From Xylographa opegraphella (lineage: Eukaryota), in assembly GCA_022813865.1 (NCBI GenBank), contig JALDZX010000025.1, positions 62,001 through 126,000 on the forward strand: 64,000 bases of DNA. Direction: 5' to 3'. This document shows positions 1-13,058 of this stretch, one piece after another. Under the pieces are notes generated by a model. The model made no database searches. It worked only from the letters and a program-made list of their open reading frames with translations, and was not told the DNA's origin. The position numbers and the translations under genes were made by a program. Numbering within the stretch: the first letter of the stretch is position 1; every line of letters begins with the position of its first letter.

Positions 1-331
1 GCCGTTTCCAGCTTCGACGCCATGTACGAAGTGACGGGAGACAGCCTCGAATGGACCATCGGCCCCGTTGACGAGTCCAATCCGTCCGGGTCATTTGAAT
101 TCGAGGCGCAAGCGGAGGACGAAGCAGAATTCTTCCCAATGAAAGTCAAATTCTCGAAGAGTAAGCCATTCGCAGATGTCGATGTGAGTTTGTACTCGAT
201 TCCGCACTCTGGAGTCTCTACTGATGTCGCGTCGCTGGCAGGTCTTATCGGTCACTCTGCTCGACATGGATCAAGACATCTCGTTCACGAAAGAGATCAA
301 GTCGGTGGCGGACTCCTATATAATCGAATAG
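1..331 (+). CDS. RET2: Coatomer subunit delta (delta-COP), 3' end only
   Basis: Translation ...LEWTIGPVDESNPSGSFEF...EFFPMKVKFSKSKPFADVD; intron 184-241 (GTGAGT..CTGAT..CAG); last exon VLSVTLLDMDQDISFTKEIKSVADSYIIE*. Typical C-terminus of the delta-COP mu-homology domain. Runs off the window start. Confidence 0.85.
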
Positions 332-1533
332 GTGCTCACACCAAGAATGATAATATACTGTTTTCGAGTGATATCTACTGTTTTGTCAACGTTCACCGTT
401 TTGAGCATACGCATATTTGACTGCAAGTTCCACGACACCCGAAAGCGCCCTTGCCACAAGTAACCGTATAACACGTGTACACAACCGCCTTTCTCGTTTA
501 CGATATGTAAAGCACGTGTGTTCTCCTAGCCTTATAGGCCTCCCGTAAGGAACCGGCGTAATGACCTAACTCGGCTTTCTGTAGTAGGTTAGTGCGATGT
601 ACTGGACATATACACCTCTGCAAGGCACGTTCTACATCAACTTCCTTGGATCACCCCCCCTTTCCATCTGACAAGAATATGGTCGACATTCTTGCGTTCG
701 CTGATAGGAATTAGGGGTCGGATGTTCGCAACTGGATATTGAGAGTGAGGTGTACGGGGAGTAGTAGGCCGAGAAGACGCCTACAAGGTATTGAAAGATG
801 CCAAAAAGCAGCGTGGTAAGTGGGGAGGCTGGGTCGAGGGATGGCAAGGCACACGCTGTTTCAGTGGCCAGAGAGGGAAGGATGAAGGTTGGGACTTGGA
901 GGCCATGGTGAGCGAGAAGGAAGTGGGAGCAGTGGAAAGTGGCTCCGTGGTGCGGAATAATTTGTAGGATATTGTGCATGGGGTGGAATTCGAAGGCAGT
1001 AGAGATAGTGGTGCGCAAGGATATAGATTACCTTATACAAGCGGTTCTTCTGCACAAGACTTCAAAACAAGCCAAAGCGTGCTGCGAATTCCGTACAAGC
1101 TGGATTACAAACATGAATGATGAGTACAGCCAAGAGAGTGACCAACAATGCTGGAGATGGTGAAAGTGGAAGATCGCGGAATGGATTCTTCCAAAATACA
1201 CGACAATCTGTAGGTTGTTCGATAAGCGGGTAGACTAGGGGCCTGCCCTAAGGCAAGCATTACTACAAGTAGATGCCTTACCTTAGTACCTTAGGTAAAA
1301 TATCTGACCTAGGTACAGTACCTTAGTTGCATCAACGAACAGTGCTGAGCATGTCTCACCTGTCAAATTATAGCGTGATTGCCACTCCCGACGCCCCAGC
1401 TCCTCAACAACCTAAGGTCGCTAATCGTTATACTAGACTAGTTTTATGGCAGACTAGCACACTTCCACGCTCAAGAAGCAACGGGCAACATCCAATTCTA
1501 GAGCAGCACCTAGCTAGAGCTTCTCACGGCAGC

Positions 1534-4296
1534 ATGGACGTTGACAGCGGTTATGATGACTCGCAACTCAGCCTCAATTTGCTGGCCGACAAGGTGGTGC
1601 ATCAGCCCATTAAGCTCGATACTTTGGTATACTGTCCCACCATGGATCTCATCGCGTTGGCCACGTTTGATGAGCAGGTACATGTCTACAGGCTGAACGG
1701 ACAGCGAGTGTTTGGTATCTCAAACAAGAAGCCCGATTGCAGCGTCCGGCAGCTGCGATGGAAGCCTAATGGTCAGCGCTGATCATAGATATCGTGGTGC
1801 TTTCGGTGTCGGCTCGCTGAGTTGATTCCAGGTCAGATAATCGCGATTTCATATAGTGACTCCTCTGTATCGCTCATAAGTGCTCAGACTGGAAAGTCCG
1901 TTCACCAGGTTCAATATCGAGAACATACGGGGAGCAAAATCTCTTGTTTAGCGTGGGGCTTGAATTACACCGACGCCGAAGAGACCAGAGCACGTTTAGA
2001 CAGTCTCAAGATCGACCTTGGTCCGGACGACGTGCTGAACAGCGGAAGTCGGCCTGTTGACCTAGAGCGTCCTCTTGACTTGCCCAACGACCTGGCATTC
2101 TTGGACACGGAAGAGGTTCTGCCCAGATTGAGCATTCTGCCAGCAACTGGAGGAGAGTGAGTGGAAAATTTCTAATATCAATTAACCGGATGCATATTCA
2201 TAACGCTGTGCTAGTGATGGGATCTTCAGTTCGCGAGCATCAATGGATGCCATTTTCCATCCTTCGAAGAAAGACAATGTTGACGATACAGCCGACGTGC
2301 TACTCGTAGGATATGATAATGGTACACTTCATCTTAGTATCTATGATTTCTTTGAGATAGGAACATTCAACACGCAATTGGCATCTCACGACCATCAAAT
2401 CTGTTACCCAATACTGCACAGTAATCATTCCTTATGTTCGACGCACTCCCTACTTCTCTCGCAATCGCTTGGAAGTCAGCAAGCGCTTCATTTTGTGCCT
2501 TTGGATCTTCGCCTTATCCCAGAGACCGGCAGGTATCTGTCGCTTCTAGCCTCCAAGTCGACGAGGCTTCAAAATGTCTTAAGATATATTAGAGAAGCTC
2601 AGATTCAGATCTGCAGCGAATTCAGGGCTTCACAAGAACTACCACGGAAATTCATCTACAATATTGAGGAGACCTTACAAGAGACCAGCCAGTGTAGTTT
2701 CGTCGACGCTTCGTATCATCTTGTGGTAACAGGCAATTGTTTTCCTCCAATGAAAGAGTGGTTGGTAGAGGAGCTCGGAGACAGAGTATGTCTGCTGTGA
2801 ACCTATGAGATATTCTTCCAGCTGACTTACTCACAAGGGCCACAAGAGATGGGACAAAGCCGTTGCGACAGGCTATGAGAATATCGGGCGTCTTGTACAC
2901 GAGAATCTTCTTCCAGCCCTCCTACGTTTCAGCGTCTTGGTAAGTCGACTCCGGGGACTATCACGTTTTCAAGAGTCTATAACAGAACTTGGTCTCGGCA
3001 CGGAACAGTTGGATCACATGCTTGACACGGTTAATTGCCTCCAACTTCTAGCTCACTCGATATTGATCGCTGTTGGTTCAGAGCGTCGCCAATTTTCGGC
3101 CTTCTCAGTGTGGCTCAAACAGGAGATCGAAACCCAAGGGACGACCGTGTCACCTCCTTCTGAAGATTCTTTAGAACAGGATCCTATACTGGATCATGCC
3201 CTAATCCTTGAGTACATTCAAGGTGCCTTGTTGCAAAGTCGACTTAGTGAATTCTTTGGTATTCGACCCGACTCGGATAAGCGACTGGACTGGATCGACG
3301 TTGAAGAAAATGTTTCGATTTACGAAAGTTTCAAGAAGGAAATAAAGCTCTGCAATCAAGGTCGACGAACAGAGAGAAAACTGGCAGGATTGGATACTCT
3401 CATTGCACGCTTGGGCAAGCAATCTACAACATTGTTCCATAACATCTCCGAAGCCCAGATGAGAAAGGTCAGGTTCGGAGAGTTGATAGCTTTGGGGACG
3501 GGCAACTTACACAATGTTGATATGAGAATGATATTCGAGGTATGACCGAGGCTGAGATTATTCGTCGACCTACTGACACTATGTTCAGGGCGATCTGTCA
3601 ACGAAGGATGAATACACAACCTATATTGCCACGATTTGGGACAGTAATCCTGCCGAAAGTGGATCCAGGCCATCTTTACCACTCCCGGCGAGCCGGATGC
3701 TACCACTAGTAATGATCCACAGAGTCTGCATTCGAGTAGTCAATGGTATCAGTTCAACGCAAGCCATCGAACGCGCTTCAATACACCTACCCCCGGGAAG
3801 GATAAATAACGTCAAGTTCGCCGACGACGAAACAATGATAGTAGCATACACAGAAGAAGGTAATTACAATCAAAAACTTCTACACACACACAGATCTAAA
3901 CCTTCACCAGCTGCCAAATCTCATTTATTATACATACCCTACCGCAAAGGCTCCAAATCCACACCTAAAGTTTCATACGCGCCAACTTCTTCCAATCGTA
4001 ATCGCACAGATTCATCAGAGATCTTCACGGATCTCTCCACACAAGATGCCATGAAGCACTATATCCAGCACACGTTTCCCAGCGGTTCATCATGGACGCC
4101 CGAACGCATCGAGGTCAACGGCAGGAAAGGCCGTCGCGCCGTCTGCGTTGTGGCTCAAGATAGGACGCGCTACCGCATCTACGACTTGGACCCCCCGAAG
4201 GCAGAAGATGGCTTGGACGGCGCAGGAGCGGGTTCGAACGAGGGTACTGCAGACTATGATATCCATATGACTGTGGAGCCAGACACGATCATATAG
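1534..4296 (+). CDS. APC4: Anaphase-promoting complex subunit 4 (Apc4/Cut20), multi-exon
   Basis: N-terminal YCPTMDLIALA...VYRLNGQRV...LRWKPNG (ANAPC4_WD40-like), then LVVTGNCFPPMKEWL..ELG and GHKRWDKAV; C-terminal VNGRKGRRAVCV. Exons joined by short GT-AG introns (first 1772-1831). Confidence 0.9.
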
Positions 4297-5448
4297 TCCG
4301 TGCGGCTGGTACCAATGCCGGTGCTTCGCAAACGCGGACACAGCTTTCTGTCCTCGGTCTCTAGCTTACAGTTTAGTCTATGGAGGACTCCTACCAACAT
4401 CCCGTATGGATATCGTCTGCTCACAACACCGGGGGTGAGCTGATAGGATGGTAGCAACACCTGGCAGGAACTATCGCGGTAATGGAAGATGAGCTCCGCA
4501 GAAAGAGACGTCTGGCACCTATCTGTCCTATGGTGTTCACTAGGATGAGTATCGTCTCGAGCATAAGCCTAGAGATGGTGAATCCTGTGTTGTGGACATC
4601 ACAGGTGTATGCTTCCAATGGAGGGTCCGATGGCGTGTTTTGGACCTACCTTACTGCTAGCCGGTTTTATTAGAACACTAGCGCAATGAATCGCTGTAGT
4701 CAGAGACACAAGCAGTCGGCGTCGGAGATAGGTCGAGCCAAGCGCAAGCACAAGGGGAATCGCACGCGGTCGCTTTCATGCCCGTAAAGCTCCTGATATA
4801 TCCCTCTATTAAATCGGAGCAGTGATCATCGACATCCACGAAACCCGCACACACAGCACAAAGTATCATCGGAGTTTGCATTCTGTATCTAAATCTACTA
4901 AAGCTCCCCCACACGCGCGCCGGCCCAGAACCCCACCTACACGCTCCTCGTAGTGCAGCAGAACGGGGTTGTAAGGGGGAATAGGTAGGATACATGAAGT
5001 ACGGGCATACATGACTTTGTAACGGACGAAGAAAAATACGCGATTAGATGGCCGGGAGGATGCGCTCGAGGGATGCTGGTGCTGGATTGGTGGTGTATAT
5101 CTACGTTGCGACGGCTGGCGTGACGGGTCGTGGGTGAAGCGAAGGGGTATCGTAGGGGTCGGGGCGTAGTGATGGCTTTAAAGCGCATGCAGGTGTTGTT
5201 GGTGCTCGGGGCGGTGGTGGTGGTGTTGCTCAACATGGCTGCGGTGGTGGTGGAGATATGTGGCTGGAGATGGAAGGGCTTCGGCAGGCGCCTCACGAAC
5301 CTATCTTCTTGGATGTGGTGTCGTGTGCTCTGCCATTGGAGAGCGTCATTGACATGCGAGACCCGGTGCAGGAAGCTGCTTCGCTGCGGTAGCTCGAGAG
5401 ATGGCCCTGGCAGAGTCCTGGAGACACGGTGGAAGATGATCGGGAGAC

Positions 5449-8400
5449 CTAGGACATCTGCACTCCTTGAAAATTGGCCGTTTGCCGCTTGACTTGCTCT
5501 CGTGCCCAGCGCGCTGTCTCGACGGTTCGGCTAGTGAAATCGCGGTTTTGTCGGACCTCCTTGATGAGCTGATGGATCCATTCGTTGCGATAATAATTGA
5601 TATAATCCCCATGCGGGAAAGCGTCAGCCAGATCACTAAACATCATTAGCATGTCTCTGGAACGCCAACAACTGGATCAGTCACCCAATAACACCCATAG
5701 CGGATCGAGCTAGGGGTTCACTCCGGTGATGGTCTTGCGCTACGATACTCAGAAGCTGGAAAATAGACTCAACATATGGCGTGAGAAGTTGAGCTTCGTC
5801 TTGTCAGCGATGATACACTCTGAATAGAACTCAACATACCTTTGCCTTGTTTCATAGCTAATATAATCCCTGACCATGCATCCATAATACCTTCTCTCAA
5901 TGAAGTGACATAATCGTAAAGATCATATGCATCCGAGCCAGGATTGACATTAGCAGCCTGTTGTAAGACTGTAGCGACAACAGATAGATACGTCTCAAAA
6001 TACGGTCCTATCGCTTGAGCGATGTCTCCAAAACACTGTAGTATTGCTGGCTTGAATTGATTGCTCAAAGAAGTGCTCTGTTGAAAATTAATACGTGTCA
6101 AAAATTGGTATTTGCTGACACTGACCCTCAAGTTGTTTAATAGGTAGTTCATGAATGAATCGCAATATGGCTGGGACTTTTCGCTGAGAGACCGTGTGAT
6201 GTCACTGACAAGTCCAATTGCCATTGAGCAGAGACCAGGCTCGTCTTGATTTCCGAGCGCGTTGTATAGGAAGGGAACAAAAGAATCCATATATTTGAGG
6301 AAGTCTTCTTCCAAAGCATTTGCAAGACCTCCCACTGCTGCGAAAATGGCGTCCGGAACGCTAGATTTTTGTCCCGCACTGCTGAGCATCTGCAGAAGAA
6401 TGTTCATTATTCTGTCTGCCTGTGGCTTAATTTCACCTTCCAAACGTTGAATGATGTTCTGTTCCAATTAATGATAATTCGCCTCGGGAGAGTTAACGGA
6501 ACCTACCAGAACTCCGCTTGTCAGACTGGTCTGAATCTCCTCCAATGTGAGTCTATCTTCCACACTAACGACCTGATGCTGCATAGGTATAGTGTTTTCC
6601 AATCGCTCAATAATGACATCGGAAAGCTTTGCGACAATGGGCAGACAATCGTTTGCGGCATTTGTTATAAATGTGTTCAATACCTCGTATGCGGCCATTC
6701 GAAGCTGGTTGTCCACATCTGGCCTATTCAAATGTTAGCCGATTATTCAGTGTAGTGTTGTCAACTGCTTACTTTTCAGTGACTTGAAGCAGTGCAGTGA
6801 CACTGCCCTGGAAATGCGGCGATAACGCATTTTGTTGACATCCGGGTTCGCCAGCAAACTTGTCAGCAAGATTCATCAGAGCCCAGCAACAAGATCCTGC
6901 CATCTTAGGATTGCTCGACAATCCACCGAATAGTGCTTCTATCAGTGCGGGCAATTCGGTTTGAGGGTCGATTGCTTCTGGTAGCTGATCACTGATTCGC
7001 CCGATTGCATATGCAGCTGAATCTCGGACCTGTACTGCCTCATCGCGTAGCTTTTCCATAAGTAGTGGTAGAGCTTGCTTGACTAGCGGTTCCAGATGGG
7101 CTTCCTTTGGACCTTCCATGATAGCCCCGAAAGCTGAGACCGCAGCATCACGCTTATGCCAATCTGGATCAGCCAGATTGGCCTCTACAAAGCCCAAGAC
7201 AGTTGGAACGATGTCTGAACCAACCGCTTGTGCAAAGAGCTGAAGACACTGATAAGCAGCCCTTGACACGTTGTAGTCCTCGTCAGCAGCATCTTCATCT
7301 TGTCGAGTCATCAGCTGCATAAGTGCTGGTACCACTTCAACAGCTGCGGTTTTTGCAAAATGATAGTATTGTCTCATCTCTCCTGAGCCTTCCGCATGAG
7401 CCTAATCGAGACGTCAGTAACAACGCCTTGAATCGTGGATTGTATTCCTACCATCTGGTTGTCATCTTCGATAGCAATTTCCTCCTCACAAACGGTACAC
7501 CAGAATTCCACCGCTAGTTTCCCAACATCCTCTTCTTCGTTCTTCATACCAATAATAGTCAACCCGTAAAGAGCTTTCTCCATGTAGAAGCTCATCTTGT
7601 CGTAATAAAGTCCCATAATACGGTTCAGACAGCCGTAAGCCCCGGCTTCAATACGGACATCGCCTGACTGTGTAGCCTCGCAGACAACCTGCATGATATA
7701 GTTGCGCTCCCCTTCGTTGTCAAAATTGGACCTTATGAAATCCAGGCAGTCCGATAATGCTGTGATCGCTGCGTTTCTGACCTCCATATTTTCTTCTTCC
7801 TTCCGAGCTCCTTGAACAACAGCAGTCAGAATCTGGTTCGAATACCCTGCAAGGCTCTCTCGAAGCTGCGCGTCATCGGTCTCGCAGATGTAGCCAATGG
7901 TTGTCAGGGAGGCCTGCTTGAGGTGCTCTCCGCCCTGCCCAACGTTCTCCACCAATGCTGCCATGAGCTCGGGCCACTCATTCCGAGGGATTTCTATCGC
8001 TGCTATTGAAGCAATAAACTGTCCAGCTGACTGGCCCGCCCGTCCGTCCCTTGAACCCAGTGTCTGTAGAGCCAAACCCTTTACCGAATTCTTCACGTTT
8101 GTGTCTATTTGGTTGATCCATCTTTCCTGCACTTCCCGCAAGCGTGCGTACTCTCGCGATGAGAAGGCGTTCTTCAGAGCAATACCAGCCGCAGTGCGAA
8201 TATGCGGCTGTGCTTGCTCGTTCGCAAGCTCATGTGCGAGAGTAGTTAAGTATCCAGACTGAATATTAGGATTAGCTCTGAGCACAAAAAGAACAGCCAA
8301 CAATATAGTCGTTTGAGCCAAAGGGCCGAAGTGAACGTACAAAGTCGATCTCAGCCGCATGCGTAAGCTGTTGCTCAGCGTTCTGACGAGTAGAGGTATC

Positions 8401-8510
8401 TATAGGATCATCTATTAGCTAAAACATGTTCCGATATTGCGGTTTGAGATCGATCGGAAGGGGTACGTACCAGGTGAGAGCGTGCACTCCAGCACTTGGT
8501 TCACATCCAT
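5449..8510 (-). CDS. KAP95: Importin subunit beta-1 (karyopherin beta), multi-exon
   Basis: Starts MDVNQVLECTLSP; motifs RTAAGIALKN, NFDNEGERNYIMQVVCEAT, AVEFWCTVCEEE, WHKRDAAVSAFGAIMEGP, KPAILQCFGDIAQAIG; ends TARWAREQVKRQ. Confidence 0.95.
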
Positions 8511-11014
8511 CGTTCAGTCTGCTTCCAGCTACGTTATGCTGTGACAGAGCACCTAACAAACTTGCGAATTCCACCAGATCAGGATGGAAAGCAGGAATAA
8601 CGATTCGTGCTCGTCTTTGGGTTTTAATGACTGTGAAGTTTGAATTGAAGACAAGATTGTAAGGAAGCAAAATCTGATATGACGGTCTCGCACGTGATTG
8701 GTACCTCAGCTCTGCCCACACGCATCGAATCACTCCTGGCCGACAAGAATCTATTATTGCTTTCCAAGCTCAGCTGAACACTCGAACTCAGATGGTGCTG
8801 AAAATTGCACGTGCGTGGTCCGCAAACAATTGTCGAAGTTGGCGCGCGTGGTGAGTGCTCACTGCCTATTACGGTATAGTTTAGTGGACCGCCCCCTAAG
8901 TTCGGCGCCTTCGTCTCCACGCCAAACAGCCCCTGAATTTGTCGGTAGACTACAATCACCCTTGAAAGATCTCATACCAATTTTCCGAGAGGAACTCATC
9001 CGTTGGAAATTGTGCGTTGGGCATAGAATGCAGGAGGTGTGCAACCATTTACAGACTGGATTTGCAGATTGTATGGCATGCAGTCCCCGGTGGCTGGGAT
9101 ATAGCAACAATAATGGTGATCACAATTTCAGCTTCTAGAGTAACTCAAGTTATTACGCATGGCCCCTACGCCTTTCTTGATGACTCTTCTTATTTCAAGT
9201 AAGAAGAAATTACCGAGCTATTCTACACAACTCTACAGGTCCTCTATCTCTCCACTGTAGATAAACTCGTTGCCGCCCGTAGTCCGAAAATCAGATTTCG
9301 GGCAACAGCGCTATCGCTGAATTATTGCCAGGGGTTACACCTGAACGCTTTCTGTTTTGAGCTCCAGCTTTCTTGTTCTTTCGCTTGCTGTAAAGACCCC
9401 CAAGAACAGATCTTCGAAGCACGGGTGGTGTCGGTTGCGGAGCCTGAAAGCTCCAGTGCAGTGAGCATGGTAGCATGCACACGAAGAAGACTCTTGTCCA
9501 TAACTATCATATTACCGCACCCGCCAGCACCGTATTCCATATTGAGGAGATTTGTTATAGCTTCGACGTGATTGCACGCATTTAGGTGTCTCCTCACCGT
9601 TGGCGCTGATGGATCATGCAGACCGCTCCTTGCTCCTTTGTCAGTATTCTTCCAAGTCTGCCGATCTCTTTGTGCTGAGCTAGAAGATGGCAACCTGACC
9701 TCGCTTTGGCCAAACAAGACACCACTGTATTGAATGGCCAGAATAAATATACAGGTCTTGTGTTTTTGTTTTTCCATCCATGGAGCGCTCGTACCCTTGC
9801 GTCAATTCACAAGTGGTAGATTGCAATTCCCTGGCCGATAGGGAAGTCACAGTTGTTCCGTGGTACTCCTACTGCTGCTATATTAAGAGCGGCGATTTGT
9901 AGAGCATGGTACTCGAGCGAGACAAAATCCCACCAAGTGAGCGATACAAAGTCGCAAACAATGTGATTCCACCTCAATTTCCAGTCGATCTCCGGGATTT
10001 GCACTATAAGCCAGTACTTCAGTACTCATGAATAGACCTCTTCGGTACATCAACTATCTCCGAATTGCGTGTTGCTTCTCCTCCAAATGAATGTCGACCC
10101 TAAGATACAGCGGTACTTTGTTGTTGAGCGGGCGCTCCATATGACGTAAAATCCGGTTTGAAAGCTGACGGAAACCATAAGCTCATGTGCTATGGCTGGG
10201 AGCGGCTTGGGGCATTGTCCCACTATAAGCATAATTAAAGATTCCGTCAATCATAAGGAGCAACTGCAGCTCTTGCTGCCTGCAAAGAGCAATTTGACTT
10301 CTTCCTCTTCGGACAGTCTCGTACCTTGAGTATTGTCTTTCACCGGGTATTTCATTTATCTTTCTTAGCTGGAGGAATTTCAATATATTTAAAAGCCATC
10401 TAGAGACCATCAGAGCTCTGGGTGGTTGAGAAAAAGAATTTCCAAATTGAAGACTGCGAAAGACCCATCAGTATGGTAAATAGCGACAAAGATTGGGAGC
10501 TGCTGCTTATGGCCTACTGCAACAACAACTGCTGCGAGCACTACATTTTCCAATGAAATGGCTGGTATCACAAACAGTAACTTTGATAACGGAGAAGTGG
10601 TTAAAAAAGAAGTGAAGGTCATGAACATGGCGATTTCTTCAATAGTGCTTCGCTTATCCACCAAGGTTATACTGGCCTTTGGGGTTCATCGAGAACCTGG
10701 CGACATAGTCCGACCAGGAAGGCACTTGACATGATACCTGCAAAATATGAAATTTTGTAAAGGAAACAAATAGGTCAGGATCGCTGCAGTTTTACATGCT
10801 CTACAACAGGCCTTCTTGCAAGCTACTCGCTCTCCTGCGAATGCTGTGACTGACAAGACGAAGCAAGATCAACAGAAGGAGACAGGAGCAGATAGACCTT
10901 TACGAACGATATGGAGGCTACCCGCCGCTGACATACATTCATCAAGGAATCAAGTCTGGCGAAAGCTAAGGATACTGAGTTAAAGTATGTCAAGCCACAC
11001 AATTCAAGTTGACC

Positions 11015-11660
11015 CTATTGAGTCCCTCCTGACTTATTGGTCTCCCTAAGGTAATCTTCCATTGCTTCAATGATTACCATATGGTCTTTGGGATACATTA
11101 GTCTACCTCTAGTGCGGAATGAAGAACCAGGACGAGACATACCATCTTCTTGCGCTAGCCCAGAAACCACGACAACAGCGACGATGGCTTCAGATCCTTC
11201 AACCCTGACCGGTACGCCACCTCCGTGTATTGCATACTCTCCTGCCTGCGGCCCCAAGGCATATGTGTCCGCAAACAACTGCTCGTTACCTTCAAACTTT
11301 TTGTGCATAAGGTAGCTTGAGCAGTTCCATCTTAGTACCGTCCTCCGCTTCCTGGCTACCCAAGTATCGTTTTCATGGTTAGTGCCCGGTTTGGAGCAAG
11401 CATGGAAAAGAAGTTGGTCCGGGTTGGCGAAGCTGACATTAACTACTGCTGGCTTCGCAGCGGTAGCGAGCAATCTGTCCCGGATCCGCATCCCTAGGAC
11501 AAAGGCGGTGTCGCTGGTGAAGGAGCGGAAGATGAGAGCATTCTCACGGGCGGCGACACCCTCCATCTATGTGTCGTCAGTTGTCGACTTCATTCTTGAA
11601 TTCGGGTGATGCAGATTAACATACATCCCCGGGTGGTTGTCCGATTGGTTTTGAAGACAT
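11015..11660 (-). CDS. DUF967/HbpS-GlcG-like (YBR137W-like) small protein
   Basis: ATG at 11660 (MSSKPIGQPPGD), two introns; motifs FRSFTSDTAFVLG, NDTWVARKRRTVLRW, YAIHGGGVPVRV, VVVSGLAQEDHMVI after splicing. Confidence 0.85.
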
Positions 11661-12438
11661 GACGGAGCAGATTCTGTATAGGTCGATAATGAGAACAACG
11701 TTCAAGATATGGGCAAGCAAACAACAATAGCACGACCGGAGATACCACAATCTATGAGTTCGCTATGTGGTAGAGACAATATTGTAAAACGAAGCAAGGC
11801 AAGCAATGCTGAGGGGCCATGAGGTTAGTGACCACAAGACGTCAAGCGTAAAATCCCTCCACCAGCCATGATGGCGATTAGGCACGCCGGTCCGTTTAGC
11901 CAGCGTTTCTCCAAAATTCTCCACATGATTCGGAAATCCCCAAGTTGTTGGTGGGGATTTAAGGCACACCGGTAGTTGGGATTCTGGTGGTCATGTTCAG
12001 GCGCGAAGGGCGGAGATTTCAAGCGCTATTTTAATCCTCCGCATTCACCGATATTCTTGAATCTCACACCTGAGTATATATGTGCGAGCCATGCACGAAC
12101 GTCTCGTAAAGGAGGCACGTTGTTGCTACTTTGCATTCCGGTCATCCAATCTTGGAGAGCGGAAGGGTTCCGCCATAATCTGTTGTCATGGACACATCCG
12201 AGAACTGCCATTGAGTAATACACAACCGGATTTCTCCACGGGCTTGTATCACCATTCATCAGCCTCGAGACATCCGGTCGCTCTGTAAGTATTCCATAGT
12301 TGCTAACAGTCTCATATGCCTTCTACAATCCAGACGCTCTTCCCCATGTTCCAAAAGTCTGCAATCTGCTTTTCGACAAAAGTCACATCTCAACCTTTGT
12401 TTATTCTACCCGTAAAACGCAAACTGTTCGTCGTCAGA

Positions 12439-12912
12439 ATGAGCTCCTCCTCCCCCGCTCCCCTCTGCCCCCCCTTCACCGCCTCCACCGCCCACGCGAA
12501 AGTCAAAAAGGCCCAGAACCTCTGGAACACACAATCCCCCTCAGCCGTCACGAAGGCTTACACGCCCACCTGCATCTGGCGCAACCGGTCGACCTTCCTC
12601 CAAGGACACACCGCTATTGAAGCCTTCCTCGAGCAGAAGTGGGCGAAGGAGAAGAGTTACCGACTCCGGAAGGAATTGTTCTCGTTCACAGAGAACAAGA
12701 CCGCCGTGCAGTTTTGGTATGAATATCAGGATGCGAGTGATGGCATGAAATGGAAAAGGTGCTATGGCTTGGAGCACTGGACCTTCGATGCGGATGGCAG
12801 GATGCGGAAGAGGATGATGAGTGGGAACGATCTGGAGATTTCGGAGCAGGAGAGGTGGTTCCGCGAGGGGGTGGATGTCGATGGTGTGGAGATTGGGGAG
12901 GAGCATTGGTGA
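12439..12912 (+). CDS. DUF1348 / SnoaL-like (NTF2 fold) protein, intronless
   Basis: PPFTASTAHAKVKKAQNLWNT, AYTPTCIWRNR, KWAKEKSYRLRKELFSF, AVQFWYEY, WKRCYGLEHWTF, MRKRMMSGND. An upstream in-frame ATG at 12316 is also possible. Confidence 0.9.
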   Translation: MSSSSPAPLCPPFTASTAHAKVKKAQNLWNTQSPSAVTKAYTPTCIWRNRSTFLQGHTAIEAFLEQKWAKEKSYRLRKELFSFTENKTAVQFWYEYQDASDGMKWKRCYGLEHWTFDADGRMRKRMMSGNDLEISEQERWFREGVDVDGVEIGEEHW

Positions 12913-13058
12913 AGTGGGTATTGAGTGGTTGTTTGGCATACACGAATATGGGGTTATAATGAAGACGGACTGTCGATCATAACTATAGTGCAAGCTCATT
13001 GATGTCGTTATTGCTAGCTTTCCGCCTACAATGTGCTTTATCAATACGTTACTGACCA

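Noticed and set aside
632..1163. ORFs between delta-COP and APC4
   Set aside because: Low-complexity, no recognisable motif or splice structure; likely intergenic.
4421..5492. Overlapping ORFs downstream of KAP95 and APC4
   Set aside because: Simple-sequence-derived (Thr/Val runs); consistent with convergent 3' UTRs.
8624..10900. Scattered short ORFs in the 2.4-kb gap
   Set aside because: No recognisable family or consistent exon chain.
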